A DNA stretch of 64,000 nt from Raillietiella orientalis (taxonomy: Eukaryota): positions 186,001-250,000 of the forward strand of contig JAYWIR010000047.1 in assembly GCA_036172245.1 (NCBI GenBank). Direction: 5' to 3'. The position numbers were made by a program, and so were the translations under genes. Positions within the stretch are counted from its first letter, which is position 1. Each line of letters starts with the position of its first letter. The notes under the pieces are model-generated. The model made no database searches and had not been told where the DNA came from. It saw only the letters and a program-made list of their open reading frames with translations. Of the stretch, positions 13,301 to 25,372 are shown piece after piece.

Positions 13301-16300
13301 CAAGACCCGTTTTGGTAAGCGCAGAGACCTGAAGGTCACTCACTGCATGAGTATTGACTCACCAAGTGATGTGTCACCTGCGTAATGGCAGGATCAGTCA
13401 GAGCTTGGAGCTTGTATGCTCTTTCTGGTGAATGGTGAGTCTTCTCCCTTTTCCCCTTAAGAACCTTCTTGTTCTGCTTGTGAAACGTGCGAGGACCACG
13501 GTGCTTCTTTTCCGAGAAGAACCCAATCGGTTGGTAGCGGGAGCGTGTCTGAGAAGATGAACAGATTTTAGTCTTCAAATCAATGGGCATTTCTCCTGAA
13601 TGTTTTCGCATCAGTCCGTGGAGATTTCCCGGCATCATCTGCTTCCTGGACCTCTTTCCTGCTAGCATTTCGAAATATCAAACATCAAATTCAGTCTGCA
13701 TACAGAACAACCCGAATTTTCAGATGAGATCAGTCTAATCTAAGAACAAAATGATTCGAATAGATTCGGGGCAAAAGTTGTTTTGCAGCGAGAAGTGGGC
13801 AAACTGTGACGAGGGAATGGACCCATTTATGGCTCCATACCAGCATGCGGTTCGGAGGAGTAGGAAATCGGTGCCAACGCCACTATCCTGAAGATTTCCA
13901 AAGGGTAAGCAGAAGAAAAAAAAAAGCCGTCCGTGGAAGCAGATCTTGAAAAAAACGGAAACACTTCTCAAAAGACTTCATTCTTTGATTTTCCCAGTTG
14001 ATGCCTGGGGATCAACTAGAAAGGAAACGCGAAAATTGCAGAACCAGGGGTGAGCTAGAACGGTCGTGCTCCTTGCAAATCTCTCGCATCTTTGGTACAA
14101 GGTATCTCGAAATTCCTTCACCTCCAGACCCTTTGGGGGCAATCCTGGAAAACGAAAAAGGTTCATTCATCCTTCGTACTGGTTCCTCTTGCAAAAGAAT
14201 GACTGACCAGTGGTCCCTTTTAATTTTCAGGTATTCCGTTTCTTTCTCTTTCCTACTTTGAAAATTTCTGTTCCGAAAAAACACACATAAAAAAAACAAA
14301 AACAAATATCACTTGCAGCCCAAGCTCGAGAGAGCACAGTCCGCGACCTCAGAATTGCTTTTGAGGAGGAGGCATTTGCATTTGACATTGGCGGTCTTTC
14401 TGATTACAGCACAACCATAAGCACGAGGAAACAGATTTGTGCTGTGGTGGAGCCGGATCGAACGTTCCACCGGTCGAACGTCAGGGGAAATAGCTGGATA
14501 AGAAAACATTCGATCCGAGAAGCATCTTTGCATTCAGTCTGGGGACCAGGGATGTGATAAGTGAGTCCGATGAAGAGGAAAGCTTTCCAGAGAGGAGTTT
14601 TTTTCGAAAACCAATTTGCGTTCGATGCAGTGAGCGAACCGAAATTGATAAGAAAACGCTGATGACGACCATTATCGCGAGTTGCACGCTATTCTTCTTC
14701 TGCTGGACCATGTCCACAATACTTTGGAAAAAACAAAACAAAACAATAGGCTGATGATTTTAATCACAATAGTTTGGATTCTCGTCTCTCCTTCCCCAGT
14801 TTTCTTCTTAGTTGTTCGAACCTTCTATAAGGGAAAAGAAGGGTTTTTTACAAGAGGAGCAGTACAGTAAATCCCCAGCTCGAGGTAGGCTGAGACGGGC
14901 CGTCGTGTCTTCCGTGTAACGAATCTCGATTCTTTGTCTTGACAGCCTCCGGAAGCAGCATCCGGTCCAAGAATGAACAAGAATTCATGTTGGCGCCCTT
15001 CAGATCTGCACCTTGCGATTTAAATCTTTTAATGTTTTGGATTGCTACTCAATGCTTCGATCTAAATGAAGGTGGAAGACGGAGAAAGAGTCGTGGCTAA
15101 AGTCCAGCCTCCATTTTTTGAAAGGATCGTAGCTTTTACTTGTATGCGGAGGCGTGTTGAGTGGCTGAGTGTATGATGTGTATTCACGGAAATAGGTTTG
15201 GAAAGGTGTACGTATACACCTGTTTTTCAGGAACACTGCTTAATTCCATCAATGAGCTCCTGCTACTGGAATCCTTTAGCCATTTCCAAGGTGGCATGCA
15301 GACACCGAGCAACTTGATCCTCCTTTTCCAGCAGCCTCTAAACGGTGCCTTGGATGCAATGCAATCCCAGAAGCAGAGAGCCGCTTTCAAGCACTTTCTT
15401 GGAAGATGGGGTCGTTCGGTCTAAAGATTGCCCCTTCGGACTCGGCTGCTTGTGAATTCTGTTCTTGAGTCCCTGCTCTCAGGGATACTTTGGAAGTTAC
15501 GGCAAGTTCGAGAGGAGATGGGCGGCTGAAAATCAGCTCTGAAGATTCTCTTAGGGTCCTCAATCTTCCCGGATAGGAGCTTCCCAAGACTCTTTGGCTC
15601 GGATAATGCAAAAGCGCGAGAGGTTCCTTTCAAGTCAGTCGGCAATGAAAAGCATGAAAAAGGAAAACAACAACAACGCATCTTCAGGTCTTCCAGCGTC
15701 CGAGCAGCCCAAAGCTGCAAGCACCGAAATCCCAACGTCATTGCTACAGCGCACTTGATTCTCGTTTCGAAAGCACATCGTTTCATTTCTTCGGCCCTTC
15801 CTTCCTTTGTGGTTCGACTTTCTTTTCACGAAGAGAAAGAATCCTCTTTCGACGGAATCGACGAAATCAGATTGATCGCCACCGTTTCCTCCAGTCCGCA
15901 AGCAGTCGTAGAGGAATTCGCCGCTCACTCGTCTGAAGAAGGGGGATCCAGGCACACGAGAATGAAGGAGGTCCCCGAAATCAGAAATCTGATTCGGCCC
16001 AAACCTAAGTCAGGACAGTAAAGCGAAAGGGATTGATCGTTCCTTGGCGATCGGAGTGGCATTCCGAATTCTGAAGAATCCTGCATCTTCCATGATCCCC
16101 TCTCTCGATTTTCGCGGACGGGTGATTTTGACACTTGGATGCGTCTGCACCTGCTGGATGCCTTGCAGCTGCGGTCTCTGCGCGTGGAACCAAGAGTTGC
16201 GGGTTCGAATCCCGCCCGGAGGAAAGGACGGACGTCGAGAAATGGGTGCGTCGTGGGTTTCGAGTCGCGTCATCCTGTCGCACAGGATGACGCTGGTTGG

Positions 16301-17802
16301 CCTATTTGGGTGCGGCACTGGTGAACTCCGGAAAATACCCGGATGCCCCTGTTGACTCTCTGGGATTGCAAGTGAACCCTCCGGGGTCCTTCCATTTGCT
16401 AGAATGGAGCCGTTACGATAGATCTGTTCGTTGTCCTTCTCGGGGGTTCCCTCTCCAGATTGTCTGAATCGAACTGCTTTCTCCGTGGAGTGCCCTTCAG
16501 AGAAATATGAAAGGATCTCTTCGGGGTTCTCTTCGGAGGATTTAACAAGGAGAGGTTCCCTTGCGGGTTCCCTCCGGAGCAAGGGTTCCAGGAGCACATC
16601 CTTTTTGGTTTCCCTTAGGATAAGAAACGGAGAGTGTCCCCACCTTCGGGATTTCCTCGCAAGAGAACAAGGAAGAGGTGGTTCCCCTCCCGAGAGCAAG
16701 AGAGGAACAGACTTCTTCTTCCAGAGCCTTCTTGGATTCATAGAGTGGTCCCCCGTTGAGATACTCCCTAACTTGAAGAGTCCTACGAGCCCTCGGGATG
16801 GCGCGGACAGGCTGAAGGAGCTTCGTGAGTCATCCTCACAGGGAAGCGAACGGCTCCTCAGCACCCTTCGGAGACCAAAAAGACAAAAAAGATCTGCAAG
16901 GCGCATGAACCGGAGGGATTCTGGATCAGGTGTGACGGAAGAATGGGCCGGTTCAAAGGCAGGCGAACCCTGAGATGGATCCCATGGTAGCAGTGCTGCA
17001 GCTCGCCTTCGCGATGAGGAGAACGCACTCTCTCATATCTACCTGGTTGCAGTCGAATACGGTTATCTTGATTTCCTCGCGAGCGTGGATGGGGGATCGG
17101 CAGCTCGGCAGATCATCCACGCAGCCGTCGTCCTCCGCCATTCTGCTGGGAACGGGCTCGGCGTCTGTCGCCGACGGTAAGCTGAGAACGATGGGCTTCC
17201 TGGGTCTTTCGCCGACGTCCCGCTTGCGGTCAGCAGCCCCGCTGGATGCAGCAGGGGAGCCGCCATCTCTCGAATCGTGGAACGGAAGCTGGCAGAAGAG
17301 ATACCTCTTGTGCGCTTCGAGGGAGCCGCCTGGGTCCCGTCTTTCGCGGCTCTGAGTGAATTCGACCTCTGGAACCGCGTCCAGCCTCACCAGACACCTC
17401 TCCTCGTTCGGAAAAGATGCGGTCTTAGGGTGGTTACAAAGGTCGGAACAGGCGCGGCCGTAAGGCTTGAGTTGCACTCTTCGCACTCTTGGCGGGGAAA
17501 CGACGAAGCCTTGGAACCTCAGGGCATCCTGCGGAAGAAAGAAGTGGTGGTTCAACCCGTGCGACCGCCGCAAGCAAGACGACTTGCTTGCATCGGCTGC
17601 TGCAGAGAGGAGGCAGCTCACCTGCCGCCATTCTGTATTTCTCTCGCAGCAGAGCCATTCTGAGCCTCTCCAGGAAACAAAAGCAAAAAGACGCACGGAA
17701 GAAAGATGCAAGAAAAATCGATCGAGAGGAAGAAGGGATGCGGAGCGTGAGATGTGAGTCTGTGAGATGACGAACCTGCAGGACAACCGTTCTCCTACGC
17801 AT
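1345..17802 (-). CDS. Spliced conserved-looking uncharacterised protein (~493 aa) with degenerate EF-hand-like C-terminus; first exon uncertain
   Basis: Manually assembled exons, all GT-AG and phase-consistent: 17802-17776 (tentative MRRRTVVLQ), 17528-17043, 13548-13378, 13328-13161, 9794-9590, 8724-8603, 1647-1345 (stop). Joined protein reads ...WMELPRNYTTLATRFELPMNLELLR|SMTPLEYLKRY...SSLPLW|RLGTALSCIAG...DLEREGCLTFREFCGVASLFERML...EIEAVDFENL. I recall this motif pattern from an uncharacterised metazoan family (unverified). Confidence 0.8.
2094..2997 (+). mobile_element. Second long copy of the same SINE-like family
   Basis: Two B-box-like GGTTCGA motifs (~2317, ~2367), same body as 16287-16390, tandem CCCTTCGGGGTTCCCT units 2625-2850, shared CCCTATCTTGAAGAA...CCCTCGGG segment, and an A-run at 2984-2996. 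Confidence 0.7.
5140..5373 (-). pseudogene. Decayed death-domain-like coding fragment inside the last intron of the minus-strand gene
   Basis: WGAEIAAMVGTHPSKIEE...RKNSLECLQTWMRYAG...L resembles the death-domain helix pattern (W..LA..LG....I..I.....L..W....G); frameshifted, no flanking exons found. Confidence 0.35.
5880..6450 (-). mobile_element. Inverted partial copy of the same SINE-like family
   Basis: Reverse complement contains TGACGCTGGCTGGCC...TGCGGCACT...CCGGATGCCCC...GGATTGGAAGTGGACCTTCCGG, colinear with 16287-16390 and 2388-2500. Confidence 0.65.
8123..8187. repeat. 21-bp inverted repeat (long hairpin)
   Basis: GAGCCACTTAAAACCGGCCCT and AGGGCCGGTTTCAAGTGGCTC, 1 mismatch, 23-nt spacer. 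Confidence 0.85.
14640..14830 (+). pseudogene. Possible class A GPCR TM6-TM7 remnant
   Basis: KKTLMTTIIASCTLFFFCWTMSTIL followed by a frameshifted LMILITIVWILVSPSPVFFLVVRTF. Confidence 0.3.
15931..16890 (+). mobile_element. Interspersed SINE/retrozyme-like repeat, best-preserved copy
   Basis: Hammerhead-like core 15933-15995; perfect tRNA T-arm GCGGG-TTCGAAT-CCCGC at 16199-16215; shared body TGACGCTGG...GGATGCCCC...GGATTG; ~40-nt degenerate tandem units; A-rich end at about 16876-16890. Confidence 0.7.
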
Positions 17803-20522
17803 TCCGTGTGACCTGAAGCATCTGGATGATCTACTTCTGAACTTAAAAGCGTGAACCGAAATTCGGGACGCGCAGTACGCAGGATCGTTCGGCTGGGCTT
17901 AACGTTAGACAACAACGCAGTACGCGAAACAACACGCGTTGTGCTCATATGGGATCCCTGTGCCGCCGAATGAGCAGCACAAAGACCGTAAGAAACCAAT
18001 CGAATGACAGCATTGACAGAGCTGAAGGACTGTGCTATGTATTCATAGAGGAAGCCCCACTGACAGATGGTGTCTACATGTGGAGACACTTGCATCGCGT
18101 AAACTGTATGTGTCATCGACGGTCCACACTTGTCAGTGGCTCAAGCTGGGCATTCAGGTTCCCTTGTCCCGTTATGTTCGGAATTTTCTCTGTCATCTCC
18201 TCACTGAATTTTCCCGTTTCATTTTTTCCTTCTCTTTAGTCAAGCAGTTTACACTTCCATAGGTGTACTCTTGGCTACGCGTCTCCACAATGCGGCAACG
18301 CTTAGATGCCATTTATTCGTTTTACTGGGGCAAGTTGTTTACGATGATAAATGGTGCTTTACTCTAGATTTCAGATCGATGCTGAAAATCTGTGACATCA
18401 CGTGATTCTCTAAACGTTCAGAGGTCTCGGAAGCATGGTGTCCTGAAACGTAATCCTGGAAAATGATCCGAAAGCCAAGATTTCATGCTTCCCCATTCCT
18501 GGATTTTCCTTCGAATCCTTCCTCAGAGAAGTGGTCCTAGATTTCGAACCAAGGAGATATTCCAGAATTCCGCATCAGCTTATTGATTGTAGCACGGCTT
18601 TTAGAGCACCTTGTGCCAGAGAAAGTTACTAAGCCAGGTATTATCTTCGTTAAGTATTGGATCCTTGGAAGCTCCGTTACGCTCCAGGTGTCGGAATTTT
18701 CTGAAAACCTCGATCGGAATCTGAATGATTACATTTCCAATGTCCTCCTCGATCTACATCCGTGGATATCCGTTCGGATTTGTGATCAGTCAGCCCTTTT
18801 GGTTCTTTTTTTTGTGTGTGTGTCCCAAGTCGAAGAGCGAAAACAATCGTTGCCCGGTTACACCTCCAAGTAGTAACTTTTGGTTGCTGAATGCTCCTCC
18901 GCTTTTTTCTGTTGCTCCTGTCAAGCATACTCGTACGCCTTTGGAACAGTTCCCAAGACATTCGGCTTTGGAAGGGTTCTTAGCTAAATTTCTGCCTCTC
19001 GTCATGCAAACATGCAAAAAAGGCTGCCGGTTCGTGTCTTAGTCATCTCTGGACTGATAGTCCTTCACCATCAGGCTTCTTGGTTTCGTCTTTTTCCTGT
19101 TGATCAGAACGCGCCTTCGTTTGTCTTGTCTCGAACCTTGTGGAGTCACTCTGCTTTCTATTGCACCCATGTACGGTTCCTTATCGCGTACTCAGTTCTC
19201 TGCAAATTTCTCCCTTGTTCACAACAAGCCCACCAAAACTGCTCTCTAGCTGGAAATTCCCGAGTTCTAAGCATCTTGGGCACGCCCAATCAATCTATTC
19301 GGATCCTCAGCATAACACCTCTGTATGCTCAACCACTATACCAACCGTACCCCAATCGCTTTACAGAGTTGCGCTGAAATCCCAACATTCCGCCAACCCT
19401 CTCTTTCCCTTTTCAACTAATGGTCCCAAGAATCCTTGCCAAACTTGCCGTTTGGCTCAAGCTGCTCAGCTAACCTTAGAATGATGCTCGGTGTTTTCCA
19501 AGTAGTGGGTGAAGAGTACATGAAAGTACTGGTAAGTTGAGCAAAGGATCGCTGATGTCAAGAACGAAAAATTTCTTCTGCCTCAACTCTCAGATTATTT
19601 TCTGATGGAAGGTCTTTTTGGAATGGGAGTGTTGTTTGAGAATGTTACTCTATAATCTTCTGCAGAGGAACAATGCATTCTATGACCGTTTGATTAGGGA
19701 GCTCTGTGAAAGGCACCTTGAAACTTTCACGAGTTCATGACATCAACCAGACAACCGAGACTGTCACTTTCGTTATCTGTGCTCAAAAGAGAAAGGAACC
19801 TTGGAATTCATCGTGATTTCTGAGGGAGACAGGCAGAACAAGAAGAGTAATTCAAGGCATGTTCGAATGTATCCCTTGGAAGATCACTTGCATTTCTTCC
19901 AAATGCACCAAGCAACAGTCCCTGCGCTTTTCATACCCTTTTTTCCTCCTCGGTGGATAAAATTTTTTGCGAGTTGCTTTGACGAACGACGAGCGTCCTT
20001 TGAAAACCTGCGAGTGCAATACACGCGCCCATAGGAATGGACCATCAGTCCCTTCTGTGGCATTAAATAGATTTCTATAATCTCCGATCACCCTACGCAG
20101 CTACGGAAGCTCGCGCTGCGAAGCTCATTCCCGCAGTGGAATTGGGATTGGAAACGTGGGATTTGAGAATTTAGATCTTGCGAAGGTCGAAAGCAGTGCC
20201 ATTCCGCAGCGGGAGATGCTGCGTTTGTTCAAACAGCTCTGAAGTAGTCCGCAACGGGGAATATCTCTAGTAGATTGCAAAAAAGCTCGACCCCCAAGCT
20301 TCTACGGTTCCCTCTTTGTGATAGAAGACTCTCTAATGCAGCCATGGCTTAACGAACAGACATGTCGAGGGCACGGCGGACGCGTCTACTCGCAATAGAA
20401 TTTCGCTTTCTTCATTCAACACCCAAGGCGGAAACACCACCGTGCTTCCCACAACTGGCATATGCAATTCCTTGTGTGTTCGATGATTTGCGGCTGGGAA
20501 AAGAACACGGCAGTGTTCACAT

Positions 20523-20536
20523 GTTGCCGTAGCAAC
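20523..20536. promoter_or_regulatory. RFX X-box-like motif
   Basis: GTTGCC-GT-AGCAAC fits GTNRCC-N0-3-RGYAAC; it lies inside a perfect 12-bp inverted repeat (20519-20548). Confidence 0.4.
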
Positions 20537-21586
20537 ACGGCAACATGTTCCGGCCCGAACCGGCGTCTACCGGTCGCACGTGCAAGAAAAGAAGCAGAAG
20601 TTTGGAGCGCACAAGAACCAACTGCCTGTTTCGTCAAAACATTCTGTAAATCCCTTGAAGATCACTAAAATGCACGAAATAAACTGCAGAACAAAAAATG
20701 GGGAAAAATCCCATCATCACACACACTTTTCTTTTTTTTTTTCTCTAAAGCATACGATGGAACTTACCTAAAGAATGTCTAATCCAGGTCTCTCCTTCTA
20801 AAGAATTTGTTTCGTTGAGAAACACCCAAAGCTACAAAAGCACGCGTTCCATTTCAAGCACAGCTTTTTCCTGTTCGTTTCACCAAGGCAACCAGAGAGG
20901 TTGTCGGAGAAAATAGAGGGAAGCAGAACATACGAAGGCACAGGTGAAAATCCTTTTTTGCAGCTTTCGTTGGTACTTTCCTTTCAATTGCAGTTGAGAG
21001 TGTGATGCTATTCTTTACACGCTGCGAACGTTCGCGCGGCAGCCTCCCTTTGAATGGGAGCCTCGTTATGATGGTTGGCATGGTGTCTTTTACAAAAATA
21101 AGTGCTGCATCCCTTCCGTGAGGCTGTGGAAGAGATGTTGTTCTGCTTCAAACACACTCTTGGTGAAACTCGGGTTCCCTCTATTTTTCCTCTATACTTG
21201 ATGGGTTTTCTTCGGTCCTATTTTCTCACATGCTTCGCCATCGGCTCATATCCGAACGTTTCTTCTATGTGCTGCGAATTATTTATGTATCCTACCGAGG
21301 TATGTATGTGTAGTGCACAAGAAAATTCAGCGACTTCGTCGACACCTTTAGTTGCAGCGCGGATCTACTCTACTTCTGTTCTGGGATTGCGCAGGGATGC
21401 ATAGGGTTTTGTTGCTCAGAAGAGATTTTCATCCTGAATGCTTGTTGCCTGAGGCGTTTCTTCACGAATTTATTGGTAGAAAAGTTCATGATGCTCCTCA
21501 ATTTGGTTGCAGAAAATCGGCAAGTGTGTGATCGCAACAGTCATCCATTTTTTGGTTTCTTCATCGAAAGAGATGCGTGCAATGTG

Positions 21587-21630
21587 GAATGGCATTGTGT
21601 ATTAGAGAATGGCATTGTGTATTAGAGAAT
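21587..21630 (+). repeat. Perfect 20-bp tandem duplication
   Basis: GAATGGCATTGTGTATTAGA x2 plus GAAT. Confidence 0.9.
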
Positions 21631-24600
21631 CTACTGCTCAAAGACGCCATTTTCTACAGCAAAACACTTCATTTTCTGGGAGAGTCGGTTGAAACTGAGT
21701 TGAGAGGCGGGTCTTCGCTTTCCAATAGAGAACCACACAGCACGCTGGATTCTCACCTCCTCATCTCTCTTTTCATCCGGCTGTGTCCTGAATTCGTTGA
21801 TATCTTGCCGAGTCGTGTTTTCAGATATGGATTTTCAAAAAAAGCTGAGGATGGAGTTTTCATATCTGATTTTTCCAAAGGGAACGAAGCGCCGTTCTAT
21901 CTCTGCCATCCGTTCTGGCACTCTGCTGCGTTGCCCTTTCGTGAGGAATGCTGGGCGTCGTAGCAACGACGGCCCTACTCAGACGGGAGCTTGAGCCCTT
22001 GTTCCCCCAGGCAGATTGCCAGAATGGAACAGATGCATCTCCAGCAAGAAGGAACACCTTTCGGGTCGGCTGTGGAAGAGTTTGGAGTCGTTCTGGATTT
22101 TTGTTGCTGTGGGTGGCTTTCAGGTGCGTCTGCCACCCCAGGAGGAAGCGAGTAGGCGAGGAAGGCGAAAAAGGCGCACGTCCCTCACATTTTTGTTTGA
22201 GGTTTCTTGACTTTGCTGCGTGCCTAGTGTGACTGTGGGTGGGCTTGTGCTGCCATCGTGCAAAGGTCAGACCTTGAGAGTATCTGAAAGAAGATGGCTG
22301 TGATTCATGCGTCTGCAAACTCTTGAAACTTGGAACGGACAATGCCTCAAGCAGCTTTGCATCGTGGCAACAAACGCATGCATGAGTGGGTTGGTGGATC
22401 TGCACTGAAATGCAATGCTGGAGTCTGCGTTGATTCAGGATAATGTGGCTGGAATAATGGGGGACAGGCGGAGTGCCGTACGGTGGGCGTTGAATACCAA
22501 CAGTTGCCATGCAGATGCAAAGATCAGCATTATCTTTGCAGCGGATGTACGTGCAGACACATTGCGAACGAAGATTTTTAAAAAAAAAAAAAAAAAAACA
22601 GGAAGAATGACGGCTGAAATTGCTGGCGGCACCGCGTTTGCAAAAATCCAAACGGATTCCAAAGACCCCCATTCCTGAAATTTTCCTTCCCCTCCTACCA
22701 AGAGGATCCGTTACCAGTTTTTCCTCGGGAGCTCCAGATGCGAATTGCCGTACCTTGCTCCGTACCAGACCAAGGAACACATATTCACTAAATATGGCAA
22801 ACAGGTTCATCGTCACAAGTGGGCTTACAATCGATACGCTCACATGTTGATCACAAGAAGCTTGTTCCCAGTTAATGAAGAACTCCTAAGAAATCCTGCG
22901 GCCAAACATCAGGAAATTAGGGTGTACGACTACAGCGATCAAAAACCATTCGTATTTTCCAGAGGTCGCTGCCATAGGATGCTACCATTCCGAATATCCT
23001 ATCATCCTGAGGATTGTTTCGAGCTGCAAGTGATCAGCCTCTCAGCCATGAGTTGCAATAATTTGATGTACTTAAACTCCATCTAAGGCTATGTGCTTGA
23101 GCGATCTGAACTGGTCCACAAACATATTCAAGGCTTCATCGCCGATATTAATGATTGGTACATTGCAGTGATGGATGAATCCCATTTCCATTTACGTGTG
23201 CTCAACATAATATATTTAATGCATTAATAGATGGGCGGAGTTCATTCAATGGTGTGACACGAAAAGATCCTTTCTTCTGGATCGCGAAATCGCATTTTTA
23301 GGAGGGAACTTTCTTGAGGGATGTACTGATGAAAAAATGGGTTTTTGCTTGCTTTCCCCTTTCTCTGAACTGGGAAGACGACAATTCCTACGTAAGTAAC
23401 CGATAAGAGTGTGCAGTTTCCATGATGCTGCTGGAACCTCAACATCCTTCTCTCTCAAGACGATCCTTCGTTTCCTGTCATGTCCACTGATTTAAATCAG
23501 AGCTCATTTCAATATAACTTGAGAAGAAATTCGTCCCTGGACGCCGCAAAGATCCGAATCGCAGTCGCAATGCAAAGAATTAGCGGGCACCGAAAAGTAT
23601 GGCTGCTTTTCCATCGAGTCAGCTGCAAGAACCAACGTGGTTACCACGTAGTCACGGCAGAAAATGTGTAAAGAGTACAGTCAAGCAAAAAAGCACTTTG
23701 CTTTGCCACAGATATTCAAAAAAAAACTGCGATGTACACATTAGACCGTAGCATTTTACATAATATGCTCACAGAACTCATTTCTTGCATGTGTGAGAAA
23801 AGAGCTATAAAAGATTTTGTATAAAAAGGCTTCTAATAACCTATGAAGATATTATTGAATACCCCTTTTGCACCTTTTGGTCTGGATATTTGTAAAGTCA
23901 GCGCCATTTTCTAAACTCAGTCTTATTTCAAGCCTATATTGAGAGAAAGGAGAAACGCAGCGTCTTTAGAAGCTCTGGATTAGATATACAGAACCTGTTC
24001 TTCGGTTCCAGCCTCTACTGTATGCAAATGCATTGCAGTTGCAACTTGTGTGCCGGCACTCACCTTCGCTGCGTGCAGAGGAATTTTCGAGCTCTTTGTA
24101 CTCACAAAATGCAGGTATTCTATCAATTCGGACACAGTGGACAATCCCCACCACCAATGAATTCAAACGTCCTCCTCGCAATTCCGAACGAGTGAACTAT
24201 TCTTAGTTTAAAAGTGGATGTGAGGCAGCGATCCTGTATGCAACATTTCAAAAGCAGGCTGCCGTCGCTTTCTTAGAATAAGGAAACACAAATTCCTCTC
24301 AGCGAGTTTATCCCGGAGACTCTCAGCCAGATCGGTGGACCCAGCTCTTTTTCCCCACTGCTACGGATCAAGGCTAAAGACAAGCGAACAAGTGTAATGC
24401 ACTTTTCCATAAATCGAAGACGACCTCGCCGAGTTATTCTCGATTATCGGGACTTATCAATAAGAAGGAGGGATGCCTGCTCAGATCTTATCTCTCTTAT
24501 TAAAATGGCCGATGCGTGATAATCACATAGTAGTAGCAAAGACCTTCCAGCTTCACAGTATGTTTTCGACTGTGAAGGAACGCTAAGTGTTCGATGGAAT

Positions 24601-25289
24601 CGTTTCAAAATAAGGAAATTTTTTCGTTTTACCTTTTTTTGCAGAGCGATGTGCCTCCTGTAATTGGGTTTGACACACAGAAGACCAGTGCTCGTGAATT
24701 CGCTCATAAGAAGGATCCGCTGCAAACATTCAGTACAGATGAAAACATCCCGAACGTTTGATCGATGCATCTTCATCCAGCATGCTGTCCTTCCAGTCGT
24801 GCGCGACCTTTCAGCAAGTGTCCTCTCACACAGCCAGTTTTCCTCAGACGTCTCTTCTGATCGTGTGTTTGATTGCTTTTGGCTGGAGCGTATACCGCCA
24901 ACTCTTTCCGAAAGTGGGATGAGGCACTCTCCAAATAAAAGTACCTGCAGCACAAGAATCAACCACGATGATAAATCGTGCGAACAAGGAATTTTCGTAT
25001 CCCGGTTGCCACTTTTCCTGCATTGAATGAAGTGCTCGGTAGAAGGAGAAGGAAAAAAAAACAAGGCGTCCGATTCAGCGAGTGGTAGATGAAATCAGCG
25101 TGACTTTGAATTAGGAAATTCTGGGAAATGACCTCAAGGTCGAGGAGGGAAACATTGAGGCGATTTGATTCTTTTGAGGAAAACTTTCCAACTAAATGCT
25201 CTCGACCTCACATTCGTTTTCTGATTTGTTTTCAAATGAATTCCACAAAATAATCACAAAATCCCGGAAGCGGAGATCACCTCCTCAGG

Positions 25290-25372
25290 CGTGAGAGGAA
25301 CGGACTCCGAGTCCTTCCTGGGTTCATAGGGCGGACCTTTCCCGGGGTACCCCCTATCTTGAGGAATTACCC
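25290..25372 (+). mobile_element. 3' fragment of the same SINE-like family
   Basis: GAGTCCTTCCTGGGTTCATAGGG...GGGTACCCCCTATCTTGAGGAATTAC matches 2850-2895 and 16725-16780. Confidence 0.5.

Noticed and set aside
16160..16225. Functional tRNA gene
   Set aside because: The T-arm is perfect, but no acceptor stem, D-arm or anticodon arm can be formed, and it sits within an interspersed repeat.
19852..20091. LINE reverse-transcriptase remnant (DYRN...QVFKGRS)
   Set aside because: Resemblance too weak and motif spacing wrong; needs BLASTX.
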